Part shown: positions 1-9,377 of the stretch, piece by piece
Position numbering within the stretch: position 1 is the stretch's first letter
How the letters are laid out: the number at the start of each line of letters is the position of its first letter
From: Polyangiaceae bacterium
Lineage (GTDB): Bacteria; Myxococcota_A; Polyangia; Polyangiales; Polyangiaceae
Reading direction: 5' to 3'
NCBI GenBank assembly: GCA_044222475.1
Contig: JBGANF010000028.1
Location: forward strand, 1-64,000
DNA length: 64,000 bases
Notes under the pieces: generated by a model
Databases searched by the model: none
Told to the model about the DNA's origin: nothing
Seen by the model: only the letters and a program-made list of their open reading frames with translations
Program-made: the position numbers and the translations under genes

Positions 1-3
1 GGC

Positions 4-208
4 ATGGCGCCCCGGACTGAAGTCCGGGGCAGCAACGGGCCCGCTGCTTACTCGCCCAAAGTCCGCCCAGGAGGGCGGACTCTCGATTGTTCGTCCCAAC
101 TTGGTATCGTGGTTCTTCTCCGCACCGGGAGCCCGCCCTCCTGGGCGGGCTTTGGTTGGGTCCTGCATCAGTTCCGTTGCTGCCCCGGACTTCAGTCCGG
201 GGTGCCAT
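4..208. repeat. Nested palindromic REP/REPIN-like element, copy 1
   Basis: 35-nt outer inverted arms 4-38 and 174-208 (1 mismatch), each containing the hairpin CCCCGGACT-GA-AGTCCGGGG; inner inverted arms 56-82 and 129-155, each a hairpin; second copy at 55969-56168. Confidence 0.9.
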
Positions 209-2274
209 CACCGCGGGAACGCAGCCGCGTTTCCACCGTCGACCGTGACCACGCAACCCGTCGTCGCCGTTGCCGTCGCCAGATACGCGAACGCGCCGCC
301 CACGTCGGCCGCGGTGACCTCTCGCCCGAGCAGGTTGTCCTTGAAGTAATCGTCGACCGAGACGCCGCGCGCCTTCGCGCGCGCCTCGGCGACGCCGTCG
401 CCGAAGAGCTTCGTGCGGATGCGATCCGCGTTGACCGCGTTCGAACGGATCGCGGCGGCACCCAGGTCGATCGCGTATTGGCGCATCAGCGCGAGGAGCC
501 CGGTCTTCGCGACCGCGTACGGCCCGAAGCCGCGACCCTGGTTGAACGAGCTCTTGCTCACGTTGAAGAGGAGCGCGCCGCCGTGGCCCTGCGCGAGCAT
601 GATCTCCGCGGCCGCGCGCGCCGCGTGGTTGTGCGAGAGGAGGTTCACCTCGAGCGACGAGCGGAGCGCCTCTGCGCCCCCTTCGGTGTCGAGGCGGCCC
701 TGCGGAGCCTTGCCGGCGTTGGACACCAAGACGTCCAACCCGCCGAACGTGCGGCACGCGTGCGCGACGGCGCTGCGAACCTCGCCTTCGAGCGTCACGT
801 CGGCGCGGACGGTCGTCATCTGAGAGGGACGGCCGATCTCCTTCGCGGCGGCTTCGAGGCCTTGCTCGTCGCGATCGGCGAGGGTCACGTGAGCGCCGAG
901 CTCGACGAACCGCTTTGCGATCGCGAGGCCGATGCCGCTCGCCGCGCCGGTGACGAGCGCGACCGCGCCCGAGAGCGGAGCCTTGACCTCGGGCTTGAGC
1001 TTCGCTTGCTCGAGGCTCCAGTACTCGACGTCGAAGAGGTCGCTCATCGACGCGGGTGAGTAGCGTCCGATGTCGGCGGCGTCGGTCATGACCGCCATCG
1101 TGTGCTCGTACACGTCGCCCACGACGTTCGCGCCCGCGAGCGTGGGCGCGACGAACACGGCGCCGAAGCCGGGCAGCAGGAGGACGCGCGGCCACGGATC
1201 GAGCTTCTTCTTCTCGACCTTCTTCTCGGCGCACATGGCGTGGAAATACGCGTCGTAGCGCTCGGCGTAGGCGCGGACGTCGGCCTCGAGGCGCTTGGTG
1301 AACGCGTCGAGATCGGAGAAGTCGGGATCGCGGACGAAGAGCGCGGTGGGCTTGGTGCGGATGACGTGGTCGGGAGTGGCGCAGCCGATCTGCGAGAGCG
1401 ACTCGGCGTCGCTCCGGGCGAGGAACGACTGGATCCCATCATGGGATCGCGCGGCGAGGATGGGCGCGCGTTCGATGGCGCTGCCGCCGAGGCGCGCGAG
1501 GATCCCGCGGATGCGTGGCAGGATGCGCGACTCCATCCCTTGCACCTGGACGACGCTGCGCATCGCGACGGTGTGCCGGCGGTCCGCGATGGAGAGCTCG
1601 GCGCGGGTCACCGCCGACGTCATGCGGTCGTAGGCTTCCTTCGCGTCGTCGCCGAGGGTGAAGATGCCGTGGCGCTCGAGGACGAGGACCGTCGGGGTCT
1701 TGCCGGCGGCGACGGCGGCGTCGTACGCGTCGGCGGTGCGTTTGGCGAGGGCGAAGCCCGGCATGACGTAGGGCACCCACACGAGCGCGTCGCCGTAGAG
1801 CTTGCGGCAGAGCTTCTCGCCGTCGGGTTGGTCGGCGAGGGCGAGGATCGCGTCGGCGTGGGTGTGATCGATGAAGCGCGCCGGGAGGTACGCGTGGAGC
1901 AACGTCTCGACGCTGGGGGTGGGCGCCGACGGATCGAGGAGCTGCGAGCGGAGCTCCTTGACCATGTCCTCGTCGGAGAGCGAGTCGAGCTTGCGCAGCT
2001 CGAGCAGCGGCGCGAGGCGCACGGCGGGGTGGCCGGGCGGCTCGATCGTCGCGAGGTCCCAGCCGGAGCCTTTGATGTAGAGTACATCGATCTCCCGGCC
2101 GAACCGGTCCTTCACCGTGTCTTTGGCCGACGTGTTGCCGCCGCCGTGGACGACGAGCGCCGGGTCGGCGCCGAGGAGGCGCGCGGTGTAGGTGCGGAGC
2201 GCGAGGGTGGGCCCGACGTCGCGGTACTTCTCGAGGGCGGCCTGAGCGCCGTGGTCGCGATACCGGCTGTCCAT
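208..2274 (-). CDS. Bifunctional class II aldolase / short-chain dehydrogenase (RhaD-SDR / YuxG-like)
   Basis: N-terminal GGGNTS, PSVETLLH, HTH and TPDH motifs; C-terminal TGAASGIG, NAG and YxxxK (YAVAK) SDR motifs. Confidence 0.9.
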   Translation of the reverse strand: MDSRYRDHGAQAALEKYRDVGPTLALRTYTARLLGADPALVVHGGGNTSAKDTVKDRFGREIDVLYIKGSGWDLATIEPPGHPAVRLAPLLELRKLDSLSDEDMVKELRSQLLDPSAPTPSVETLLHAYLPARFIDHTHADAILALADQPDGEKLCRKLYGDALVWVPYVMPGFALAKRTADAYDAAVAAGKTPTVLVLERHGIFTLGDDAKEAYDRMTSAVTRAELSIADRRHTVAMRSVVQVQGMESRILPRIRGILARLGGSAIERAPILAARSHDGIQSFLARSDAESLSQIGCATPDHVIRTKPTALFVRDPDFSDLDAFTKRLEADVRAYAERYDAYFHAMCAEKKVEKKKLDPWPRVLLLPGFGAVFVAPTLAGANVVGDVYEHTMAVMTDAADIGRYSPASMSDLFDVEYWSLEQAKLKPEVKAPLSGAVALVTGAASGIGLAIAKRFVELGAHVTLADRDEQGLEAAAKEIGRPSQMTTVRADVTLEGEVRSAVAHACRTFGGLDVLVSNAGKAPQGRLDTEGGAEALRSSLEVNLLSHNHAARAAAEIMLAQGHGGALLFNVSKSSFNQGRGFGPYAVAKTGLLALMRQYAIDLGAAAIRSNAVNADRIRTKLFGDGVAEARAKARGVSVDDYFKDNLLGREVTAADVGGAFAYLATATATTGCVVTVDGGNAAAFPR

Positions 2275-2334
2275 GGGCGGGTCAGTATCTCACGTCCGGT
2301 TGGCGGCGGGCTCGCCGTCCGTAGGTGACGCCAC

Positions 2335-2363
2335 TTGACAGAGAGGCGTTAGCTTTGTAGCTC
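2335..2363 (+). promoter_or_regulatory. Putative sigma70 promoter of tRNA-Val
   Basis: TTGACA at 2335-2340, 17-nt spacer, weak -10 TAGCTC. Confidence 0.45.
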
Positions 2364-2392
2364 TACGCGCTCGTTTCACCGGTTACGGACCC

Positions 2393-2464
<72 letters not shown>

Positions 2465-2483
2465 CAATTTCCTTCGCTCGCGC

Positions 2484-3491
2484 TCATGCGCGCTCCGATC
2501 GGTACTGGCTCGGCGCCACTCCGTACCAGCGCTGAAACGCTCGCGTGAACGCGCTCTGCTCCGAGAACCCCAGCAGGTACGCGATCTCGGTGAGCGCCAG
2601 ATCGCGCTGCTTCATGTACGCCTCGGAGAGCTCGCGCCGAGTCCGATCGAGCACGTCCCCGAACGACGACCCTTCGAGCTCGAGCCGGCGCTGCAGCGTC
2701 CGCGGCGACAGCGCCATGCGCCGCGCGATCTTCGGCAGCGACGGATCCCCGCCCTCGAGCTCCTCCATGATCAACCGCGCAACCTGCGCCTGGACGACGC
2801 TCTTCGCCTCGAGGCTCTCGACCATGCGCGCGGCGTGATCTTCCAGCGTGCGCAAGAGCTCGGTCGACGGCGCGCGGCTCGGCGTGTCCCAGGTGGACCG
2901 CTCGATCACGAACTCGCTCCGCGCTCCGCCGAAGCGCGCCGGGCAACCGAACGCGCGCACGTGCGCGTCGCTCGACGGCGGCGCATCGAACGCGAAGCAC
3001 ACCTCGATCAGGGGCCAGTCGAACCCGCTCGCTCGACGGCAATGGAGGATCGTCACCGCCACCGCGTACTCGGCATAGGGTCGCGGCAGCCGACCGGGGA
3101 TGGTCGGGTGCGTGAGCGCGAGCCGCTTCGCCGAACCGTCGTCCGTGATCTCCCACGCGAGCGCCGAGTTGATCAGCGGGAAATAGCGCGCGACGCGCAC
3201 CAAGCCCTCACCGACGGTCGGCGCGCTCGCCGCCAGAAAATCGATCACCCGGTACGCCCCGAACGGCACCGCGAGCGCCACCCGTAGTCCCAACCCGGGA
3301 TCCCCCGACTCCTTCAGCGCCGCGGACCACAGGGCCGAGACCGCGGCGATCGGGAGCCGCGCATCGGGGTCCTCGACCTGCGCGGCGGTGAGCCCCGCCG
3401 CGCGGAGGAGCACCTCCGGGTCGAGCCCGATCGGCCCACACGCCGCGAGCAGCGCTCGGCTCGACGTGGTGGCCACCGTCCCCTCGCCCAT
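2484..3491 (-). CDS. AraC-family transcriptional regulator
   Basis: C-terminal SPRTLQRRL and IAYLLGFSEQSAFTRAFQRWYG double HTH. Confidence 0.93.
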   Translation of the reverse strand: MGEGTVATTSSRALLAACGPIGLDPEVLLRAAGLTAAQVEDPDARLPIAAVSALWSAALKESGDPGLGLRVALAVPFGAYRVIDFLAASAPTVGEGLVRVARYFPLINSALAWEITDDGSAKRLALTHPTIPGRLPRPYAEYAVAVTILHCRRASGFDWPLIEVCFAFDAPPSSDAHVRAFGCPARFGGARSEFVIERSTWDTPSRAPSTELLRTLEDHAARMVESLEAKSVVQAQVARLIMEELEGGDPSLPKIARRMALSPRTLQRRLELEGSSFGDVLDRTRRELSEAYMKQRDLALTEIAYLLGFSEQSAFTRAFQRWYGVAPSQYRSERA

Positions 3492-3506
3492 GCGCGCATC
3501 CTACTC

Positions 3507-3544
3507 TGACGGGATCGGTCAAGGGAATGGCACGAGCCGTCAAG
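3507..3544 (+). promoter_or_regulatory. Tandem direct repeat, candidate AraC-type binding site
   Basis: TGAC-N8-TCAAG (3507-3523) and TGGC-N8-TCAAG (3528-3544) with a 21-bp period, between the divergent araC and hydrolase genes. Confidence 0.45.
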
Positions 3545-3591
3545 CGGGCCAGGGCGTGGATCCGTAGTTTCGGGTCCAAGGGAGGTTCCAC

Positions 3592-5094
3592 ATGACTTTG
3601 CAGACCATGACCCACACCACCTTGGGCGCTCGGCTTCGGGCGTCTTCGTTTCCCGACGTCGCCAACGCCCTTCCTTCGTGGGGGCTGCTCGCCCTGGGCG
3701 CCGCGCTCGCGCTCGTCACCGGGCCCCGGTGGGGGATCGGAGCTCTGGCCTGGGTCGCTCCGGTGCCCTTTCTGCTCTACGCGCGCCGCGCTCGCGGGTG
3801 GCGGCCTTGGGCCGCGTTGGCCGGCGTGATGCTGCTCGCGTTCAGCGTTCAGTGCTCCCTGATCGCGACGCCGCCGGTCCCGGTGATCGCCACCGCCTTC
3901 TTCGGCCCGCCGCTCGCGCTCCTCCGCTTCGGGGCCATCGGCATCGGAGAGGCGGTGCGCCGTCGGGTCGGCGAGGGCGTCGGCATCCTCGCGTACGTCA
4001 CCGCCACCGTCGTGCTCGACTGGGTCGGCTACGGCACGACCGAGCTCGGCGCGTGGATGGCGACCGCGAACACCCAAGTCGAGTGGCTTCCGTTCCTTCA
4101 GCTCGGATCGATCGCCGGGCTCGCCGGCCTCGGCGCGCTCATGGCGTGGGCCGCCGGCACGATCGCGCGCGCCATCGCGCTGCCCGCGGGCAGCGCTCGG
4201 CCGACCCTCGTGCTCGCCGTCACGCTCGTCGGCCTCTTGATTTGGGGCACCTTTCGCCTCGATCAACCGGCGCGCGGCCCCAGCGTCACCGTCGCCGCCG
4301 TCACGACCGACGTGGGCATGACCGAGAAGGGCATGCCCGACGCCGCCGCGCTCGACGCCAACACCGACGCGCTCTTCGAACGCACCCGCATCGCCGCATC
4401 GCGAGGGGCTCGGCTCGTCGTGTGGAACGAGGTCGCCACCGCCGTGCGTCCCGCGGCCGAAGAGGCGTTCACCGCGCGCGCGAAGGCGATGGCCCACGAG
4501 CTCGGCATCGACCTCGTCCTCGCCTACGCCGTGCTCGTCACCGAGTCGCCGATCCTCCTCGACAACAAGTACGTCTTCATCAGCGACGGCGGCGAGATCC
4601 TCGACCAGTACGCGAAGCACCACCCGGTCCCCAGCGAGCCCTCGATCCGTGGCACCGGCCCGCTTCGCGTGCTCGACCGCCCCTACGGTCGCGTCGGTGG
4701 CGCGATTTGTTACGACTACGACTTCCCGGCGCTCGTGAGCGAGCACGCGAAAGGCGGCGTCGACCTCGTGGTCCTCCCGTCGTCCGATTGGCGGGGCATC
4801 GACCCGGTACACACGTTCATGGCTCGCGCTCGCTCGATCGAGGGCGGGTTCGCCCTGGTCCGCTCGGTCCGCTGGGCCCCCAGCGGCGCGTTCGACGCGC
4901 GCGGTCGCGCCCGCGCTTGGATGCCCGCCACCGACGCGGACGGCAGCGACTTCGTGATGGTGGCCCGCCTGCCGGTGGGTCGGACGCCCACCTTGGCGAA
5001 TTCGCTCGGCAACGGTCCGGTTTGGCTGTCCGGCGCCGTCTTGCTCGGCCTCGTCGGTCTCGCGGCTCGGCGCCGTCGCGAGGGTCGAGGCTAG
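3592..5094 (+). CDS. Membrane-bound nitrilase/CN-hydrolase superfamily protein (apolipoprotein N-acyltransferase-like)
   Basis: Multiple TM helices followed by VVWNE, YAKHHPVP and ICYD (E-K-C triad); GGGAGG RBS. Confidence 0.8.
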   Translation: MTLQTMTHTTLGARLRASSFPDVANALPSWGLLALGAALALVTGPRWGIGALAWVAPVPFLLYARRARGWRPWAALAGVMLLAFSVQCSLIATPPVPVIATAFFGPPLALLRFGAIGIGEAVRRRVGEGVGILAYVTATVVLDWVGYGTTELGAWMATANTQVEWLPFLQLGSIAGLAGLGALMAWAAGTIARAIALPAGSARPTLVLAVTLVGLLIWGTFRLDQPARGPSVTVAAVTTDVGMTEKGMPDAAALDANTDALFERTRIAASRGARLVVWNEVATAVRPAAEEAFTARAKAMAHELGIDLVLAYAVLVTESPILLDNKYVFISDGGEILDQYAKHHPVPSEPSIRGTGPLRVLDRPYGRVGGAICYDYDFPALVSEHAKGGVDLVVLPSSDWRGIDPVHTFMARARSIEGGFALVRSVRWAPSGAFDARGRARAWMPATDADGSDFVMVARLPVGRTPTLANSLGNGPVWLSGAVLLGLVGLAARRRREGRG

Positions 5095-5097
5095 AAC

Positions 5098-6312
5098 ATG
5101 CCAGCGATTCGTTTTCGAGACGTCCAGCTCGGGTACGAGGGTCGGGAGCCGGTGCTCGATCGGGTCGACCTGCACCTCGCGCCCGGCTGGACCGGCGTCG
5201 TCGGTCCGAACGGGGCAGGGAAGACCACCCTGGTCCGTGCGGCGATCGGTGAGCTCGCGCCGTCGAGCGGATCGATCGCGATCGACCCGGCGATGGCCGT
5301 CACGCACCTCTGCGAACAACGAGTCGACGAGCCGAGCGCCTCCATCGTGTCGCTCTCGGGCGCCACCGATCGCACTGGCATGCGGTGGATGCGACGACTC
5401 GGCCTCGATCCGTTTCAGGTCGACCGTTGGCAGACGCTGTCCGCCGGCGAGCGCAAGCGGTGGCAGCTCGCGGCGGCGCTCGCCGCCGAGCCGGACGTCC
5501 TCGCGCTCGACGAGCCGACGAACCACCTCGACGGCGACGCGCGAGCCGTCGTCCTCGACGCGCTGCGGCGCTTCCGTGGCATCGGCCTCGTCGTGTCTCA
5601 CGATCGCGAGCTCCTCGACGAGCTCACGACCCAGACGGTGCGGGTCGACGCCCGAACGGCCGAGCTCCACGACGCGAGCTACTCGCGTGCCCGCGAGCAG
5701 TGGGAGGCGGACGAGCGAGTACCGTGTCCTCGGCGGTGGATCGCGACGCTCGACGGCGTCGATCTGCGCGCGGGCCGCAAGCTCGTCGCTCGCGACGTGC
5801 GGGTCGCGGTCGCGCGGGACTCCCGCATCCACGTCGATGGGCGAAACGGCGCAGGGAAGAGCACGCTGCTCGCCGCGCTCGTGCGCGCCGCGTCGGTGCC
5901 GCCCGAGCGCACGCTCTACGTGCCGCAGGAGCTCGGAGCGAGCGAAGGTCTGGCGATCGCGCGCGAGATCGCGGCGCTCGCGCCCGACGTGAAAGGCCGC
6001 GTCGGTCAGCTCGTCGCTGCGCTCGGCCTCGATCCGTCGCGCGCGCTCGCGTCGGGGATGCCTTCGCCGGGGGAAGCTCGGAAGCTCGCGATCGCGCTCG
6101 GGCTCGCGCGGCGCGTGTGGTGGGTCGTCCTGGACGAGCCGACGAACCACCTCGATTTGCCGTCGATCGAGCGCCTCGAGGCGGCGCTCGCGGACTACCC
6201 CGGAGCGCTCGTGCTCGCGTCGCACGACGTGCGCTTCGCCGAGGCAGTCACCCGCGAGCGTTGGCACATGGACCATGGCACGATCGAAACCGCCGACCGG
6301 AGGGACTCATGA
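5098..6312 (+). CDS. ABC-F family ATP-binding protein with short interdomain linker
   Basis: Two Walker A (GPNGAGKT, GRNGAGKS), two LDEPTNHLD and two SHD motifs; no TM segments. Confidence 0.82.
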   Translation: MPAIRFRDVQLGYEGREPVLDRVDLHLAPGWTGVVGPNGAGKTTLVRAAIGELAPSSGSIAIDPAMAVTHLCEQRVDEPSASIVSLSGATDRTGMRWMRRLGLDPFQVDRWQTLSAGERKRWQLAAALAAEPDVLALDEPTNHLDGDARAVVLDALRRFRGIGLVVSHDRELLDELTTQTVRVDARTAELHDASYSRAREQWEADERVPCPRRWIATLDGVDLRAGRKLVARDVRVAVARDSRIHVDGRNGAGKSTLLAALVRAASVPPERTLYVPQELGASEGLAIAREIAALAPDVKGRVGQLVAALGLDPSRALASGMPSPGEARKLAIALGLARRVWWVVLDEPTNHLDLPSIERLEAALADYPGALVLASHDVRFAEAVTRERWHMDHGTIETADRRDS

Positions 6313-7601
6313 CCACCAGCCTGATGCGCGCCACGACGTCGACCACCTTGCTCGCGCACCTGATCGAGACGCCCGACCTCGTACAGACGGTGCACGAGCT
6401 CCCGCCGCCCGCGTTCTCCGCTCTCGTGCGACACGTCGGGCTCGAGGACGCCGGCGAGCTCGTCGCGCTCGCCACTCGCGAGCAGCTCGTCGCCGCGTTC
6501 GACGAGGACCTCTTCGCGAACGCGAGACCGGGTGAGCGCGAAGAGCTCGACAGCGCGCGCTTCGTCACCTGGCTCACCGTGCTCATGGAGGCCGGCGACG
6601 ACGTCGCGGCGAATCGGATCGCCGAGCTCTCGGAGGAGTTCGTGGTCCAAGCCTTGTCGAGCATCGTACTGGTGCTCGACCACGACGCTCTGATGGAGCG
6701 AATGGCCGAAGGCGGTCGCGACGCAGCGGCCGCCGACAAGGCGATCGAGAGCCGACTCTCGGAGGAGATCGACGGCTATCTCCTGATCTCGCGCTACGAC
6801 GAGGGCTGGGACGTCGCGCTCGCGCTCGTCCTCGCGCTCGATCGTGATCATCGCGAGCTCTTGGTTCGCATCCTCGATCGCTGCTCCGACGTCGCGAGCA
6901 GCTACGTCGACGACCTCGGCGAGCTCGCGAGCGTGCTCTCCGAAGCCGAGTCGATCGCCGAAGACGTCGAGGCCGAGCGCGAGGAGCGGCGGAGCAAGCA
7001 GGGCTACGTCGAGCCGCGCGCGGCGAAGAGCTTCCTCACCCTCGCGCGCGGGGCGTTCGAAGGCGACGCGCGCTCCGTCGCGCGGGATCCGGTCACGAAG
7101 GCCTACTTCCGTGATCTCGATCCGGCTGCGGAGAGTCCGTCCGTCGCGACGTCTCCACGTACCGCTCGCGTGCTCCGTGCGCTCAGCGAGATCGCGCCGA
7201 CGCCGCGTCCGCTCTTGCTCGGCGAAGACTTCCCCCTGGTCGCCGCCGTGCGGGCGCTGGGTCATGACGACCCGCGCCTCCTCGCCGAGCGCATGGAGGA
7301 GCTCGGGTACCTCGCGAACGTGCTCATCGCCGGAGCGAAGAACGGCGACGGCCGCTTCACTCCGCGCGAAGCAGCGGAAGCCGTGCTCGCCACGGTGGGG
7401 CTCGGCGCGGAGCTCGAGGGCGACGTCGGCCGAGCGGTTCGGACGTGCCACCTCGACGTGCTCTTCCGTCGCGCGAGCGGCGCGTTGGTCCGTCACGGCA
7501 TCGCAGCGGACGGGCTCGTGCGAAGCCGCGGCGACGTGAAGTCGCTCGCGGAGCGCATCAGGCGCGGAAGTCCGACTTCAGGAGCTCGAGCATCTTCTTG
7601 A
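6309..7601 (+). CDS. Conserved myxobacterial-type hypothetical protein (DUF6178-like)
   Basis: ATGA overlap with upstream stop; acidic helical protein MTTSLMR...GLEDAGELVALAT; family name from recollection only. Confidence 0.6.
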   Translation: MTTSLMRATTSTTLLAHLIETPDLVQTVHELPPPAFSALVRHVGLEDAGELVALATREQLVAAFDEDLFANARPGEREELDSARFVTWLTVLMEAGDDVAANRIAELSEEFVVQALSSIVLVLDHDALMERMAEGGRDAAAADKAIESRLSEEIDGYLLISRYDEGWDVALALVLALDRDHRELLVRILDRCSDVASSYVDDLGELASVLSEAESIAEDVEAEREERRSKQGYVEPRAAKSFLTLARGAFEGDARSVARDPVTKAYFRDLDPAAESPSVATSPRTARVLRALSEIAPTPRPLLLGEDFPLVAAVRALGHDDPRLLAERMEELGYLANVLIAGAKNGDGRFTPREAAEAVLATVGLGAELEGDVGRAVRTCHLDVLFRRASGALVRHGIAADGLVRSRGDVKSLAERIRRGSPTSGARASS

Positions 7602-8466
7602 CCCGCGCCGGCGCGTAGCGACCGCCGGGGTACAGCGCCCACATCGGCGTGCGCACCCAGTGAGGGCGCAGGATGGGGACGAGCTTCCGTGCGTCGACCG
7701 CGGCCTCGGCGAAGCTCGCCGCGAGGCGGACCACGCCGAGCCCGCGGATCGCCGCCTCGCGCGCGACGCGGAAGCCATCGACGACGAGCCGCCCGGTGAT
7801 CGCGACTTTGGTCTCGACTCCGCGATCGACGAGCGCCCAATGGTCGCGGTTGGGGAGCACGCGGATGCACTCGTGGGTCGCGAGATCGTCGGGCCGTTTC
7901 GGCTCGCCGCGGGCGCGGAGGTAGCGCGGGCTCGCGTACAACCCGGTGACGCTGTGCCCGAGCGGTTGGGCGACGAGCTCGTCCGAGTCGTCGAGCGCGC
8001 CGCCGCGGATGGCGAGATCGATCCCGGCGTGCACGAGATCGATCCGCGCGGTCGAGAGGACGAGCTCGACCGACACGTCCGGGTAGCGCGCGAGGTACGC
8101 GTCGACGATCGGAGGCAGCATCTCCTCGCCGACGACGTTCGACGCGGTGAGGCGCAGCACCCCGCGCGGCTCGCTCGACCCCGCGCGCGCTCGCGCGTTC
8201 GCCCGCTCGGCGAGGGCGACCAGGCGCTGGCACTCCTCGTGGTAGTCGCGACCGGCGTCGGTCAGCTGAAAGCGGCCGGCGGCGCGGGCGGCGAGCTTGA
8301 TGCCGAGCGCGCGCTCGAGCGCCGCCAGCCGCCGGCTCGCGGTGGCGGCAGGGACGCCGAGCGCCCGCGCCCCGCCTCGGACGCCTCCATGGGCCGCGAC
8401 CGCAGCGAAGAGCGCCATGTCGTCGAGGGACGCCACGTGCCAAGTGTACCACCAATGGAACATCAT
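7558..8466 (-). CDS. LysR-family transcriptional regulator (true start may be a few codons downstream)
   Basis: N-terminal HTH ASRRLAALERALG, GVLRLTAS, DLAIR; divergent from an NAD(P)H-binding gene. Confidence 0.9.
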   Translation of the reverse strand: MMFHWWYTWHVASLDDMALFAAVAAHGGVRGGARALGVPAATASRRLAALERALGIKLAARAAGRFQLTDAGRDYHEECQRLVALAERANARARAGSSEPRGVLRLTASNVVGEEMLPPIVDAYLARYPDVSVELVLSTARIDLVHAGIDLAIRGGALDDSDELVAQPLGHSVTGLYASPRYLRARGEPKRPDDLATHECIRVLPNRDHWALVDRGVETKVAITGRLVVDGFRVAREAAIRGLGVVRLAASFAEAAVDARKLVPILRPHWVRTPMWALYPGGRYAPARVKKMLELLKSDFRA

Positions 8467-8531
8467 GTGTCACCTCAGTGAATCGACAACCCGCCGGCGG
8501 AGGCGCACTGTCTTCCCTCGAGGAGACACCC

Positions 8532-9377
8532 ATGAAACCCATCTTGATCACTGGCGCATCTGGCAACGTTGGTTCCCGAATCGTGAAGAAGCTCGCTGCT
8601 GCGGGGCACGAAGTCCGCGCGTTCGACCGCGGAAAGGGCGTCGACCCGGGCGCCAACGTCGAGGTCGTCGTCGGCGACTACGACGACGCGGCGAGCGTCG
8701 CGAAGGCCGTCGACGGCGTCGACGTCCTGTACCTCCTGTCGGCCGGGCCCGACCTCGCGCGTCACGAGGCGAACGTGATCGCCGCCGCGAAGAAGGCCGG
8801 CGTGAAACGCATCGTGAAGCACTCGGTCGCGGGGGCGCAGTACGGCGGTCACCCGATCGCCAACTGGCATCAGGCCGGCGAGAAGCTCCTCGCCGAGTCG
8901 GGCGTCGCCTGGACGGTGCTGCGGCCCGGGTCGTTCGCGTCGAACGCGCTCATGTGGGCCGACTCGATCCGCGCGCAGAGCGTCGCGTACGGCAACCTCG
9001 GCGACGCGTCGCTTCCGGTGATCGATCCGAACGACATCGCCGACGTCGCGGTGAAGGTCCTGACGACCAGCGGTCACGAGGGCAAGGCGTACGATCTCAC
9101 CGGCCCGGAGTCGCTCACGAGCGCGCAACAAGCCGAGCTCCTCGGCGCGGCGGTCGGGCGCAAGGTCTCCTTCGTGAACGTCCCCGACGAAGCCGCGAAG
9201 GACGCGATGTCGAAGATGGGGATGCCGCCGGTCTTCGTCGACGCGATGCTCCAGATGATCGGCGCGCTGCGCGGCATCGGTCGCCTCGAGCCGACCGGCG
9301 ACGTGGAGAAGCTCCTCGGGCGCAAGCCCGGGACGTTCGCGGATTGGGCGAAGGCGAACGCCGCCGCGTTCAAGTGA
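8532..9377 (+). CDS. NmrA-like NAD(P)H-binding protein
   Basis: ILITGASGNVG Rossmann motif, LRPGSF, DIADVA; GGAG RBS. Confidence 0.88.
   Translation: MKPILITGASGNVGSRIVKKLAAAGHEVRAFDRGKGVDPGANVEVVVGDYDDAASVAKAVDGVDVLYLLSAGPDLARHEANVIAAAKKAGVKRIVKHSVAGAQYGGHPIANWHQAGEKLLAESGVAWTVLRPGSFASNALMWADSIRAQSVAYGNLGDASLPVIDPNDIADVAVKVLTTSGHEGKAYDLTGPESLTSAQQAELLGAAVGRKVSFVNVPDEAAKDAMSKMGMPPVFVDAMLQMIGALRGIGRLEPTGDVEKLLGRKPGTFADWAKANAAAFK

Noticed and set aside
4..1059. 351-aa + strand ORF, and ORFs at 55787-56170 with similar N-terminal sequence (MAPRTEVRGSNG)
   Set aside because: Translations of the palindromic repeat and antisense shadow of the aldolase/SDR gene, not a protein family
3528..3544. 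TGGCACG as a sigma54 promoter
   Set aside because: No -12 GC element; better explained as half of a 21-bp-period direct repeat next to the AraC gene
3208..6276. Very long Arg/Ala-rich ORFs on alternative frames (e.g. 3208-6276, 43980-46826, 45443-48274, 46977-49592)
   Set aside because: Shadow ORFs expected at high GC; they overlap motif-supported genes and have no recognisable domains
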